Shown piece after piece: positions 28,361-42,990 of a DNA stretch of 64,000 bases (positions within the stretch are counted from its first letter, which is position 1; each line of letters opens with the position of its first letter). The DNA is taken from contig NC_043008.1 of assembly GCF_006345805.1 (NCBI RefSeq), forward strand, positions 16,244,001-16,308,000, read 5' to 3'. The notes beneath the pieces are model-generated. The model ran no database searches, was not told the DNA's origin, and saw only the letters and a list, made by a program, of their open reading frames with translations. A program made the translations under genes and the position numbers. The DNA comes from Octopus sinensis. Taxonomy: Eukaryota.

Positions 28361-28686
28361 AAAGACTCCGCCGGTTACAGACGACGGGGGTCCCAGGCTG
28401 ATACGATCAACGGAACAGCTTGCTCGTGAAATTAACGTGCAAATGGCTGAGACTCCACAGACACGTGAACCCTTAACGTAGTTCTCGGGGATAATCAGGG
28501 TGACACAAGAGAGTGACAAGGTGACCCTTTGAAATACAAGTACAACTCATTTTTGCCAGCTGAGTGGACTGGAGCAACGTGAAATAAGTGTCTTGCTCAA
28601 GGACAAAACGCGTCGCCGAGAATCGAACTCACAACCTTACGATCATGAGCCGAATGCCCTAACACTAAGCCACGCGCCCTCCCCAC
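28361..28686 (-). mobile_element. tRNA-derived SINE, family D (CORE-like central segment)
   Basis: The minus strand has A-box tggcttagtgtt and B-box gagttcgattctc, then gtccttgagcaagacactt, reminiscent of the CORE domain. Flanked by (TA)n. Confidence 0.85.
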
Positions 28687-28732
28687 ATTATATATATATA
28701 ATATATATATATATATATAATATAATATATAT

Positions 28733-28813
<81 letters not shown>

Positions 28814-28826
28814 ATATATATATATA

Positions 28827-28875
<49 letters not shown>

Positions 28876-29051
28876 ATATATATATAATATATATAATATA
28901 TAATATATATGCGCACACCCAGATAGATTGATAGATAGATAGATAGATATATCGGTTGTTGATAGAAAGAGAGATAAATAGTATGTAGATATGTAAATAG
29001 ACAAACAGACGGATCGATAGAGTAGAGAACACAGATATATATCTATCTATA

Positions 29052-29107
<56 letters not shown>

Positions 29108-29235
29108 ATCTATATATATATATATATAATATATATATATATAATATATATATTATATATAAGATATAAATATAATACACCAACACCCCTTTAACCTGCC
29201 TAAATGTATAAATACCAATACAATTCTTGTTAACT

Positions 29236-29285
29236 AGCTTCCTGAAGATTTCCTTGAATGAAACAGTTCTAGTCCTGTAGAAGCT
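29236..29285 (+). ncRNA. Minimal type I hammerhead ribozyme candidate
   Basis: Stem I agcttc/gaagct (6 bp), core CTGAAGA, short stem II ttc/gaa, GAAA, stem III cag/ctg and cleavage triplet GUA. Confidence 0.7.
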
Positions 29286-29296
29286 CCTTCTATATA

Positions 29297-29338
<42 letters not shown>

Positions 29339-29347
29339 ATTTATATT

Positions 29348-29378
<31 letters not shown>

Positions 29379-29490
29379 ATAATGTGTGTGTGTGGTGTGT
29401 GTATGTGTGTGTGTGTTTGTATATATCTATATATATATATATATGTGTATATGTATATATATATATATGTATACCAACTATATATATATA

Positions 29491-29570
<80 letters not shown>

Positions 29571-29832
29571 TATTTAATATTTAATATTAATCTTATGCTT
29601 TCTAAAACTTGATTTCGAAACGTACGGTCGTGGTAACTAAAAAAATGTATGATAGATTGCAGTCAATTCATTCTCTCTTACCTGTTTGTGTCTGCCTTCC
29701 AAATGCTGTTTTTACTGAGATCTCCCTTTTTAGTAGAAGAAATAGCTATAACACTTTGACTGCTATTTCTAAATTCGGTATGTGGTAAGGCAAATTCGTT
29801 GCTAAACCCTTATTGCTTAGTATATATATATA

Positions 29833-29882
<50 letters not shown>

Positions 29883-30699
29883 GCTAGCTAGATAGATACA
29901 TAAATTGATAGATAGACAGACAGATAGATAGAAGAAAAAGAGCCATATCTACTTTCTTCAAGTTGTGTGCGTGTGTATGTGTGTATGAAAACGGAATCTG
30001 AATATATAATTCTCGAAGCGATTTGTGTATTCTCACAAATTATTGATGATGGGGAAAATTATGGCTTCAGGTGATTTCTATGTGATATAATTTTTTCATA
30101 ATTCTATGCTTTCATACCTCGCAACGAATATAAAATTCAGGCTATATATGCATATGGGTGCGTGTGTATGTGTGCGCGTGCGCGTTTATACATATATATT
30201 GCGTATTTGATTGTACGATATGTATTTATCTGTGCATATATATATATAGCTGTGTAATATATATGTGCACATTTCTCTGCATATATGTATAAATATATCC
30301 CTGTGTGTGTTTCTCTGTGTGTTTGTGTATCATTTCATGTATATATAGATATATATGTATATGCATATATATAGATATGTATGTATCTATAGATATGTGT
30401 GTGTGTGTATGTATGTGTATCTATCCATATCTGTCTATGTATATATATAATATCGATTTTTCTATCACATTTGCTACATCGAATATAATAAATCATATAG
30501 CAGACTCTCACATATACCCCCGCACAATCATCTCAATACATCACTACATATGTACGTAAACAAATATGAAAATATACACATACATATATGTATGTAAATA
30601 CATATAGAGATATTCGTTTCATGTATGAGGTGTGTGCGTATGTCTGTGGCATGTTTGGGTAGGCTTAGGTGTGTCATATAACTACAATACCATAATTTA

Positions 30700-30728
30700 T
30701 AAATATATATGTGTATATATATATATAT

Positions 30729-30784
<56 letters not shown>

Positions 30785-30799
30785 TAATAATACATATAT

Positions 30800-30843
<44 letters not shown>

Positions 30844-30934
30844 TATATATATGTATATATATATGTATATACATACATATATATATATATATATACATAG
30901 ATATATGTATATATATATATATGTATATACATAC

Positions 30935-30965
<31 letters not shown>

Positions 30966-30972
30966 ATATATC

Positions 30973-31012
<40 letters not shown>
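30700..31012. repeat. (TA)n-rich microsatellite
   Basis: Direct. Similar blocks lie at 28690-29160, 29300-29566 and 32515-32710. Confidence 0.95.
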
Positions 31013-31013
<1 letters not shown>

Positions 31014-32538
31014 GTGCAAACGTAAAAACGATTATAACAGAAAATTGTTAACATACACACATCAACATACATCATTGTGCCCAAGTATGTGTTCGCTTAT
31101 GTATATACATGCACGTTTGTCTGTGCGTGCACCTGCGTGTCGCCAGCGTGTGCTTACTTATATGTGTGTATATATCTAACCTTGGTATATATCTACGACT
31201 ATCTTTATTATGGTTTTGTGTATATCTCCTTGCACCAATTATGATATACCGGGCGTTTTATATTTCCTTGAATCTTCTGCAATATTAGGAAGTCTGATGC
31301 TAGAACAATCAAATCTTGTGAATTTACGTGACGGAATCAACATTTAAATGGCCAATCATAACATCATAATAGGCTGGAATGCCAATGTAAAAATATTTTT
31401 ATGAATGCTATTCACACACAGCCACTCACACGTGTGTGTGTATGCACATAACTGTGCATATCCTCACTTACGTTCTTTTATACATACACACAGAAAACTT
31501 GAAAGATATATATATCCACATATAACATCGTTGATATATTTCACTATATGTGAAACGAAATGATATATTTTCCGCTTTTTTATTTCACAATATATTTTTT
31601 TTATCGAAATTATGACAACAAATTACGTATGACGAATACACATATGAACTCTTTCTGTGGACATCTTTGATAATTTCATGGATACGTACATGGAGAAATG
31701 AATATATAATAACATTTTGAGATACACTTATAAGCGGGTGGATTGCAAGTTATACCTGAATATTAATATTACGTATTTATTACAGATAAATTTAGTGCCT
31801 ATCATCAAGTCAAGTAAAGATATGCTTATCATAAGCAGTATAGAAGTAGGTATACATTTATATATAATTAATCATTCAGCAGATAATAATTCTACAAGTT
31901 ATGGCTTGGCTATATATGCTGATCTGTGCAAGGCGCGAATATGACCGTAGTCATCTCTTTTATTTGGAAAATGAAATATAAGAAAGCATAACTATGTCAA
32001 AATTTCAAGGCGGCTCTGTGAAATATCAAATATAACTAAATACACTGTTATCCATGATTATATTCATTTAATGACACTGCTGATGAACGGTGGGTATACA
32101 AGCTTATTCTAACCTTTTAAAGTAATTTTGTTTGTTTTGTTTCAACGAGGACTGCCATATTTATCCATGTAAAGCTCAAAGAACGTGAGAATATTTGTCC
32201 TTGAATGAATGGTAAAACAGATCGTGGGTAACCCTTTCATTTCATTTTCTCTACATGAATTGAATAAGTGAATTGCTAGAGGGCTTTCTAAAGCGAGGTT
32301 TTGTAATGATTGAAAATGTTTAACGTTTTCTATTACACGCTGAGTTGTGCATAATCACTTATACTTAAATACATCGTTCCGGCTTAATTCTAGCTTCAAT
32401 TTGGAGTTTAAACATGATGTCTACTATAAAACTAAGTTTATGCACCGATTATCTTACGACACTAGCCGTAATATTACTTGCATCATATATAATTCGTATG
32501 TGGTTTATCGTGTGTATATATATATATATATATATATC

Positions 32539-32570
<32 letters not shown>

Positions 32571-32579
32571 TATGTATAT

Positions 32580-32612
<33 letters not shown>

Positions 32613-34125
32613 CAGAGAGAGAGACAGAGAGAGAGAGAGATTGATTTATAGATAGACACCTATATGTATATGTATATATATATATGTATATGTATATATG
32701 TACAGACACATATACAAATATTCATTCGTTAGAGTACATTCAGTGAATAGTTACCTCGTTTAGACGAATTGAGATATAGTTTGTGATGTTCATGTGAAAG
32801 TAGTTGCCACATAAAACACTCCTATACTTTGTTTGTAAGCTTACTAATAAATATTTCCTTGTACTGAAGCTATGTAGTTACTTTTATTGTGTCGCGTGTG
32901 GTGTTTACGACTGTGTCTAATATCCCTTGCTTTAATTATCTTATTTCTCAAGATCGCTTCATTTAGTGAATAGTCACAGCAATTTCTAAACACCTAAAGA
33001 AGGTTACACGAAGGCAAATATATAAATAAATAGATAAATACATTTATTTCGGGATGGTAATTTTGTTACCTAATAAACACACGCACTATATATTGTTCTT
33101 CCACTTTAGCTTTATTATTTTTCTTATTTTAGTGTCCGTCGTTTAATATCTTTTGACACAGATCCTGTGACATCTACAGTGACTTTCTATCTCACGTCTC
33201 CCCCTATTCTACTTGATTTTGATCATTTCTCTAAAAGTGCTACAGACGAGTATAAAGTGCGTGTGTGTTGATTTGGCAAAAAGGAAAAGAGGACCATCCC
33301 GAAATATAAACAATATCTCTTTTAACACACGATTTCACATCAGAAATCATACAATAAATAGGAACGATAGAGATGGAGGAATAAGAGGAATAAAAGAAAA
33401 GGTGAAGAGGGAGGTTGAAGAAGAAAATGGAGGATAAGTATAAGAAAAAACGGACGAGAAGGAAGAAGAGTAGGAAAGGAGAAAGGAGAAATGAGGAGAT
33501 GCGACAGATAAAAGATCAGGCTCTTGTGATGGACTAAAAAGAACAAATGGAATAGAAAAAGAGAATGGAGCATATAATATTAGTTTATATCATTAACAAT
33601 GTTAAAGAGAAGGCTAGAAAAGAAGGGAGGTAGGTTAAATAGGACAGTTCGTTTCTATATGAATGTGTGTCCGTTGACTTGCTGCCAAATGTATACAAGG
33701 AAATAAAGGCTCGCACACGAACAACGGTATGTAGATGTATAATTTTCGACTGCTTGCAATAGGTGGTTTTCTGTGCCTCCTAAAAGCAAGAATAAACACT
33801 TGACTGTATTTAGACAGTTTCTGTGAACAGAATTTCACACTTACGAGTTTGATTGACATAAAGACACTTTGCATTTGTCTATTTTGCAACACAATACGAC
33901 AAAAAATGGGGCGGCAATGAAATTGCATTAATCACGCTGCCAAGGTTCATCCCAAATGCCTTGGATATATCATCACAGTTTTAGAATGTACAGCATATAT
34001 TCTCTTTTACACTCAGTACAAAAAGCTTGTATAACATCTGAAATATTTTTTTCTAATTAGGTTTCCTGTATAAGTCAAACCTAAGTACGAATTTCATTAT
34101 TAACTTGAAGTTTTATTTCAATATA

Positions 34126-34580
34126 CAAGTCGTCGTCGACTTACGACCTGTTTGGCTTACGGCCGATCGACTTTATGACGATCGGCGCGCCAGCTTCCGG
34201 CAGCAATAATAAATAGTCCAATTGAAATCTAATGGGTTTAATTTCTTAGAAACTAACCTGTCTACAGGTGATGTCCGCTAACAATCGTTTCCCCCAGGTT
34301 TGGTTATCGATCACCACTGTATTGGTTGACAATCGTATCGCGGAGACATCGAAGAAACGTCGTATTTGTTTATACGATGACAGCTTGAGACGCCGAAAGT
34401 ATTGACTATTACTATATGTCAGTATTATAGTATAATACAGAATGCTGTGTGTGACATTTACATGAGAATGTACATTACGAATGTAAAGATATAAAACAAA
34501 GATCAGTAGGCTGACTTAGGACCAAATCAACTTTTGACCAGTCAGTCGGAACCAGTTGTGGTCATAAGCCGACTTCGACG
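34126..34580. mobile_element. pogo/Tigger-like non-autonomous element
   Basis: Starts after TA with caagtcgtcgtcgacttacgacc. The right end ggtcataagccgacttcg is its inverted counterpart and is truncated by a SINE. Confidence 0.6.
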
Positions 34581-34847
34581 AACTCAGAACGGAAAGACAT
34601 ATAAAATTCCTATTTCTTTACTATTGCTACCCACAAGGTGCTAAACATAGGGTCGACAAACAAGGACATACAAACATATTAAGTCGATTATATCGACCAC
34701 AGTGGGTAACTGGTACTTAATTTATCGACCCCGAAAGGATAAAAGGAAAAATCGACCTCGGCGGAATTTGAACTCAGAACGTAACGGCAGACGAAATACG
34801 GCTACGCATTTCACCCGGCGTGCTAACGTTTCTGCCAGCTCGCCACC
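34581..34847 (-). mobile_element. SINE family A (near full length plus partial second unit)
   Basis: Reverse complement of the 36476 copy across the head, B-box gagttcaaattcc and tail. Confidence 0.9.
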
Positions 34848-36274
34848 CTCGTATATTAATTATTAAAAGTTGGTACACATAACATTTACATTACATGATA
34901 TGAAAAATATCCTATTATATTTTTACGTGAAAGACATTGTAACATTTCTACTACCGTTGTTACTATTTTTCCGTATCTCTAAAGCAGGATTTAAAGTAGA
35001 TATTTATGACTAAAATCGTTGTAGCCATAAGTACACCCTGCTGTGTTCTTCTTCTGGAAAGTGAAACATAAATTGAGGAAGTTATAGCTGTTCTTTCTAG
35101 TGTACAGATAAAAACCGCAACGATTTTTGCATGGGTCGTGGCAATCTTGTGTATTTCGTTGCTTCACTTTCGCTAAGTACATATTTTTTCGTTGGTGAAG
35201 AGACAAGGCGGGTTAACAGATTTGATGGCATTTTTCAACACTAACAGAGCAAACTTTGAGAAATACATTACTATGTTGCTAAGGTGTTTACTGGCATTAC
35301 CAGAATTAAATAGTCATAAAAGTAATTGCTTTTTTTTTCCCTTTTTTATGTCGCAGAGACAACTGTCGCCATATTCTTATTGACACAGCACATTATTCAG
35401 TATTCATATTATCAAAAAAAAACAAGCGCTGAAATTATAACGTTTTGTGTTTTTTTCATTCATTTATTTATTTAACTAAGGAGAGCATGTGATTCAATCT
35501 TGTTCTTTCTCTGTAAATACTGCTAGTTTACAATTAATTACGTTTTCTCGTATTTATACTTTATATAACAAGAGACAAAGAAGAGATAACCTCCATGTAA
35601 AAATCACATGATATTATTATTCAGATTTCAATAAACTATGTACCAGTTGAATATTCATGTCTATGCACCTTTCATGATGATTCGTTACTGTGTTTACCTC
35701 CCATATAGAGCTGGCAGAAATTTTTCTAAATTAAATATGGACGTTAACAGAACATAAGTGTAAGAACATTACGGTAGTTTTAAGGTATTTAATCATGGTT
35801 TTGTATCGTGATTCTAATTCATTCTGCGGTCAAATTTACTTTTTATCGTTCTGCTACTAACAAAAGAAGAAATTAATTACTGGGTTTTATTTAATTTCAT
35901 ATTTTCTGCAGCTTAATGTATGGGTTTTTCTCCGCTATTTAAAATAACTTAGTGCCTTCAGGGATGGGAGATATGGCGTCCGAAAAAAGATATGATTGGG
36001 ATTAGTTCTGCCCTTTTATATTCAGAGGTCAAAGCTCCACCATCAAGGCGGCACTCAGTGTGGCTGAAGGCAAAAGACTGAAACACGTAAAGGGTAAAAA
36101 ATAAAAGATACAAAAAATAATGAGATCGCTATATTACACATATACTATAACTGAAGATCATTTCACTTCAATTGAAAGCCTTCAACTTTGCTTTTCATTT
36201 CCTCGCATTAACAGTCAGTTATGTGTACCATTTGTTTTCCTAAAGTTTTGACACTTACTGCTTATTGTGATTGT

Positions 36275-36880
36275 TGACCAGCCGAAAAAATGCCTAGTAG
36301 TATTTTGTCTGTCTTGAAGTATTGAGATCAAATTCTACTGAGGTCAGCTTAGCCTGTCATCCCTTCAGATCCGATAAAATAAACACCAGTTGAATATGGG
36401 GGCTAAGTAATCTATTAGCCTTCCCCAAATTTTCGGGCCTTGTGCCTTGAGTAGAAAAGGAATTGAGCACTGGGAAAGGCAGCGAGCTGGCAGAAACGTT
36501 AGCACGCCGGGCGAAATGCGTAGCCGTATTTCGTCTGCCGTTACGTTCTGAGTTCAAATTCCGCCGAGGTCGACTTTGCCTTTCATCGTATCGAGGTCGA
36601 TTAAATAAGTACCAGTTACGCACTGGTGTCGATATAATCGACTTAATCCGTTTGTCTATCCTTGTTTGTCCTCTCTGTGTTTAGCCGATTGTGGGTAGTA
36701 AAGAAATAGGTATTTCGTCCATCTTTACGTTCTGGGTTCAAATTCCGCCGAGGTTGACATTGTCGTTCATTCTCTGGGGATCGATTTAATAACTATAAGC
36801 TAAGGGCTGCGATCGATGCAATCGACTAACTGTTCGCTAAAAAATTTCAGGCCCTGTGCCTGTAGCGGAAACGATTATTA
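36275..36880 (+). mobile_element. Tandem SINE family A cluster (36275-36460; full copy 36476-36710; headless second unit to ~36880)
   Basis: aaaggcagcgagctggcagaaacgttagc (A-box-like), gagttcaaattcc (B-box) and gcctttcatc..gtcgattaaataagtaccag. Confidence 0.9.
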
Positions 36881-37744
36881 TTATTGCTGACCGTGTTAAG
36901 TAGAGTTCTAGGAATGCATATATTTTTCAGTTATATTATACTTGTATATGTTAGAGGCTATATTTAGTTTTACAGCATGTATTTCTGGAAGAGTGAAAGG
37001 CAGGTTAAGTCTTACATCAATTCTCCATTTAATGACAGGATGTATAAAACGATTAAAAGAAATGAAAGCAAAATGTTATTTCCGAGAACAATAACAAGAT
37101 TAACAATATATATGTACATCAATCGGAGTCACGTGCTTCGTTTTTTATTTTATGAGTTTACTTATGATGATACCTAATAATTGAAAAAATTGAAATTATT
37201 GTATAATTTGAAATATTTATAACATGGAAGAGTATATCATCACATTTAAAGTTACGATTATTTGCATTAAATATCTATATAATGTAAATATTTTCTATTT
37301 TCAATTTAGCATAATGCAATATGAATAAATTTGGTTTGTTTCATTGATTCAATGTGTTATTTTATACTTAATTTCTGTTGATTTAACCGAAACCGTCAGT
37401 ATGTATATTTTTATAATGAGGCTTTCTTTTATGATATTCAAATATACATGATTACATTTTATTATGCATGAGAACGTTCCCGGCATAAAAGTCAGGATAA
37501 AGAATCATATCAGAATAATGTAACAGATCATCGCAAACAATAGGCATCCGGTTAGTCATGACTGCATCTACTGCGTATATCCTGCAGAAGGTACATCATT
37601 GTATATACTTCACACAATTACATTCGGCTCCTCCATGTTATATTTCGTCAGGATCTTTTCCGTTGCTTGTGTTACATGTATCTTTTTCGCAAATTCACCA
37701 AACCTTTGGTGGATGTAGAGAGAAAAGAGGTAGCTTCACTTTAA

Positions 37745-38136
37745 TCTCTCTATATATAAAGCTGAAGTTGTCAGTGTATGGCAGGTTTGGTAGCCTTCAA
37801 CTAACACTATCTCCTCCGAGACCTTGTGGCGCAAGTTGACCAAAATTGACAGTATGATAGAAGAAGGCTTGCTCTTCCTTCCGTAGTAGAAAAAATTCAA
37901 ATCGAACCATGTTAACACCAAAAATTATTTACATCAAAAAGGTGCATTTTGTCTATGAAAATCGCTATTTTTTACGATTTTTTTACTGCTGTGTCGCCAT
38001 TTTTCGGTGTATTTCAGCCAGAAAAATGTTCACTTAAAGAGAATAACAAGCTACATAATGCAAAACTTTTACTTTTCAAAAATTTCAATTCTAAAGGGTA
38101 GAAACAAACCCGAGCAACGCCGGGCGATACTGCTAG
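37745..38136 (+). mobile_element. Non-autonomous Helitron (second subfamily)
   Basis: 5' TCtctctatatataaa, hairpin cccgagcaacgccggg and 3' CTAG, at an A|T insertion site. Confidence 0.88.
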
Positions 38137-38994
38137 TTTAAAAGATATTTGCAATCGAATGAATTAAAAAAAAAACAAATGGCAAAATGTATAACTGCTA
38201 CATCATAGAGTTCTGTTCTCATAAAATCATAACGCATTGTGCTGTCTTTAATATATTTTTCTCTTCCTTTTATTTATCGATTTTTATGTAGGAACAAGTA
38301 TTCAGAATCATGAATCAAAATGAAAACAATTCATTAGAGAATATTAATTTATGAGTAAAAATGTCTTCCTCTGAGGGAAACTCAAGATTCATTGACAGGA
38401 AGCTATCTCACAATACACATACGGCATTCTTTGTATTACTGCTGCCGAAAATGATCATACTGTAAATTGTCTGGAGTTTTGTAGGTATGTAAATGATCAT
38501 GGCATTCAGTCCTACAAAATCTTGAACTGGGACATGTCAGGTAACGATTATTCCTTTAGTCATCTTTACAAATTCTATATTACAAATCGTTGGCTGTAAG
38601 GGGAGGATCGTAAAATGTTTACTGTATTTGTGGGAGCGAAAATATCATGTCATGGTACTAACCGTACAGCTCATATTCCACAGGTTTAGAAAAAAAAACA
38701 AAAGAAAAAATTCTACATTGCTATGTTTCCTAAAGACTTCCTGAAGTATTATTGCTGTGAAGTGTAGTCTTACTTGGACTCGTGACCTTACAATTTGCAA
38801 TCCAATAACAGGAGACTGCTACAAACAAAACAGAGTGAGGCGCTTGGAGGACCAAGATGCAATTAACAATGTCAATTACGTCACATTTATATGTACCACT
38901 TCGCACACATGATTAGCACCTGCCCAAAAATGTCATCAAATTACTACCTCCATATGCGACAGGACGTTGTCCCTAAAACATTACATATATATAT

Positions 38995-39058
<64 letters not shown>

Positions 39059-39489
39059 GTGTGTGTGTGTCTGTGTGAGCCTGTGTGTGAGGGTGTGTAT
39101 GTGTATATCTGTAATGTATGTGACAATTATTCGGTTGCTATAATAAAACTCACATCCGCAACTCGGATTATTTTATGGCAACTAAATAACTGGCACATAT
39201 TATGTTACAGATAAATTCCTCTATTTACATAATATCGAGGTCTCATTCATTATTTTGTTGTCATACAATTACTATTAATATATATATATATATATCTGGA
39301 TGATTGTATGTATATGTATGTATATATGAGTGAGAGAGAGAGAGAGAGAGAGAGAGTAATACATATGCATGCACGCACACTCATACGCAAACACACTCAC
39401 CTACATTTACGGATATGCGTGTATGTATTTACATTATGAGTATGAAAATGTACATGTGGGCCTGATGGGTCACAGAGTAATGCCAGTTT

Positions 39490-39702
39490 CACATTTCGGC
39501 ACATGCCCATCAATTGCGGGGGAGGGGCCAAATCGATTACATCGACCCCAGTTTTCAAATGGCACTTATTTTATCGAACCGTAGAAGATGAAAAAAGCGA
39601 GGGCAGTCTCGGCGGAATTTGAACTCAGAATGTAAAGACGGACGAAATACCGCTAATCATCTCTGCATAGCTTGCTAACAGCTCTGCCAGCACACCGCCT
39701 TT
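39490..39702 (-). mobile_element. SINE family A
   Basis: ctcggcggaatttgaactcagaatgtaaagacggacgaaatac...ctctgccagcacaccgccttt. Confidence 0.85.
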
Positions 39703-41249
39703 ATTCACGGAGTAAAGCGTAATGACAAGGAATAACACGCAGTATATATGATATATAGTATTTCAATGCTTACCTTATGACTATTCTTATCTACCTCGTT
39801 ATTTGAAAAATTAGTGATTATTATCCTAAATGATGTAAGATGTAGATAGATAAGCTGCGGAAATGAATGTTTCATTGTTAGTTGTCTCCTTCCGATGAAT
39901 CGATTTAGTGTTTTGTTGTTTGTGGTTTTATGTATTAAGTAACTTTCATAAGTGTCTCCCTGTGGTTTTACACAATAAGTAATTCGTTGAGAACTTTTCC
40001 TAAACTACAAGCTCACGTTTCATAAATAGTCATAGCTAAGACCAAGTACACTATTTTGTAACCTGGCACATCGTTCATTGATTTAAAATGATTGTTTATA
40101 TTATTTATTTATTAATTTATTTTTTTGCTTTACGTTTTAAAATGATTCAGCTATAATCCATTCTCATTCATAAAACTGAAATTTTTGATAAAAATTTCAA
40201 AAAAAAAAAAATACAGTATATAACTTTTAAAATATAAATATATACATCACATACACAATATCTAAATTATCATTTTGTTTTTTTAATTTTTTTCAGCAAA
40301 TAGAAACCGAACTAGTTTTTTTTTTAATTTTCTCTCTCCATACCTAGAAATAGATAAACGCAAGACACCGGGGAACGTAAACGCACAATCAGAAGATATA
40401 CGTTAAAAATTTGATATTGTAAAATAAATGAAAAGAAAGAAAGGAAGAAAGAATTCAACTATTATTTCAATGGATATTTTGGCAGAATATCTGCATTAAG
40501 CTGAAATTGAAATACTTTGCACGAAAATTTTTAGATATTTTTTCTACGAAATCTTTCATTGTGTCACGTAAACAACCAAATTCTTGAACTGTTGAGATGC
40601 TATATTGTTTTTAATATCAATTTATTTTCTATTTGAGTTCCACTATTTTCATGTTTCTTTCTTATTTGCGTCGTATGAAGAAAAAAACTAGTGTTGGTAA
40701 TATCATTTTGCCTACTAATAGAAATTCATAATAAATCTAAGACGACGCAAGAAGTGTTCTCAGTTTTGTTATACGTAGACATACACACACACACACACAA
40801 GCATACACACAAACACATACATACATAAACAAACACACATACACACATACAATTACAAACACACAAATGCTCATCCGCACAAACCCCTATAGGCAAACAG
40901 ACACATACATCCAACCATGCAAACACACACATACAAACAACCACTCACTCACATACTCACACAATGCTTTTAGGTGGTGAAATTTTAGAGAAAGGAAGGT
41001 AATGGTTATGAGTTTGTAAGTAAAGTAATAGAAAAGTGATAGGTGCCAGAAGAGATGTAGTATGAGGTAAAAGGAGAGAGAGATAGACAGGGGGAGAGAG
41101 AGGGGGAGAGAGAAGAGAGAAAATACAGTATTTCAACCAATTACAGTAAAAGTAATATCAGTGACCAAGGTTGAGGAATGGCGTGGTTGATGGGATGAGA
41201 TTGAAAATATGATGAAGAAAAATGGACAGAATCAGGAAAGCGGGGAAAA

Positions 41250-41295
41250 ACAGCAGCAGCCACAGCAGTAGCAATAGTAGCAGCATTAGTGGTAT

Positions 41296-41350
<55 letters not shown>

Positions 41351-41680
41351 GGTGGTGGTTATGGTGGTGGTGGTGGTGGTGGTGGTGGTGCAGTAGTTGT
41401 GATGATGTCGGAGGTAGTGACTTTGTAGATGTTCGGAAAATGAATCAATGGCGGCGAAGTAGTAGTAGTAGTAGTAGTATTAATAGTAGTTGGAGGAGGA
41501 GGAGGAAAAAATGGAAAAGTAAAACAAGAACCAAAAAGAATCAATCATAAAGTGAAAAATGAAACGACGACGGCAACAATGAAGTGGATGATGATGATGA
41601 TGATGATCACGACGACGACGGTGACTAAGAAAAAGACGATGACTAAGACTGTGTTGATAATGATGATAATGATGATAGAA
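41250..41680. repeat. Compound (AGC)/(AGT)/(GGT)/(GAT)/(GAC) trinucleotide repeats
   Basis: Direct. Confidence 0.9.
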
Positions 41681-41949
41681 ACAAAACGACATTAGTTCGT
41701 AAATGAATTAATAAACGTAAACTAAAGTTCTTGAAAAAATTGAGATTCCGCTGTAGTTGGCTTCGCCTTTAATGTCTTGAAGGTCGATGACCTATGTACG
41801 AGTTTAACATTGGAATCGATCAAACTGACTATTGCCTCTGCTTTCCACAAACTTTCAAGCCCTTTGCTCGTAAAAGAAAGGATTTTTTTTTATTGTTATT
41901 GTTTGTTATTGGAATAGAGTCGATAAATTTTAATTAGAAAATAGTCTAG

Positions 41950-42990
41950 ACATGAGGGAGCCCGAATTAGGAATGAAGATGAGGGGCTTGAGAAAGCTAA
42001 GGAGATTAGGGTGCAGGCGGCGTGATTGGCCCTTGGCCAAGTTTTCAGACGCCCAAAGCGGAGGTTTCCTTATCAGAGATAGAACGTATAATGTGATGGA
42101 TAAGGGAACGAAAGCTTTTTCATGGGTCTGAATAGTGCAAGTGCAACAATAAAGACAGAATTCAGTATTTTATATAATATTAATATTAAGCTCAACCACC
42201 TTTTAAAAGATAACTCAAACTTAATTAGAGCAAAAATAATTTAAATAAAATTACCCTCTCAACGTAACTGAGAGACATTACAATTATGTTAATTTTTGTC
42301 TATACATATATTATATTAATAAACAAATCGCTTGTAGCAGTAGATGTGTGCGGCATTTCAGAGGCATTTTCCTCAACTGTTTGTGGTGGGTGAGGGTTGG
42401 TAGAAAAGATTGGTCTTCATCACCTGTAGCGATGTACTAGCTGCTACTCTGATCGGGGAGGTGGAGTTTGCCGAAAGGCCGTTAATAGCTGATGGAACAC
42501 AGTTAGCTATGGCTGGCTACACGAGTTTGCATAGTCTACCCTACTAGGTTTATCTTCATAGATAAGACGTATTCGAGGAATTCTTGGAAAATATGTACTG
42601 CAACTGGCAGCAGAACGGGAGTATTCTCAACGCTGAGCAGAGTCATGCCATTGTGACGCTGAGAAAGGAAATAGGCAAGGAAATGATTTTGAAAAATTGG
42701 GGGAGTAACTCTGATAAATTAACGACTTTGCTCCAGTTGTCAGACAAGATTTTAACGCTTGTCTGTGATGCTCTTGTCGGTAAGGCAAAGTAAGTGAAAT
42801 CCAGGTGGACAATTCTCTACCTCACGTGATATATGCACGAAGGGTAGATACGGAATATATTATGAGAAGGACTGTGATCAAATCAATTTAATCGAAAGCT
42901 TACAATCAGGCTGGCAGCCGTACTCATGGCGGTTGCTTTCGGTTCCATCTTTAATAGCTGGATCGTTGCAATGTAGATATCTGCTCAGTG
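41950..42990 (+). mobile_element. Decayed Tx1/L1-clade LINE ORF2 (RT N-terminal region)
   Basis: Hand translation SLPY*VY..DVFEEFLENMYCNWQQNGSI...IVTLRKE..KEMILKNW, LVGKAK, INLIESLQ and LAAVLMAVAFGSIFNSWI follows the L1/Tx1 PG.DGLPYE...NFRPI...DQ.KAFDR...GFG..F..WI pattern. An AT-rich insert lies at ~42160-42320. Confidence 0.7.

Noticed and set aside
35192-35383. 63-aa ORF with protein-like composition
   Set aside because: It has no recognisable motif or splice context, and its length is within chance expectation.
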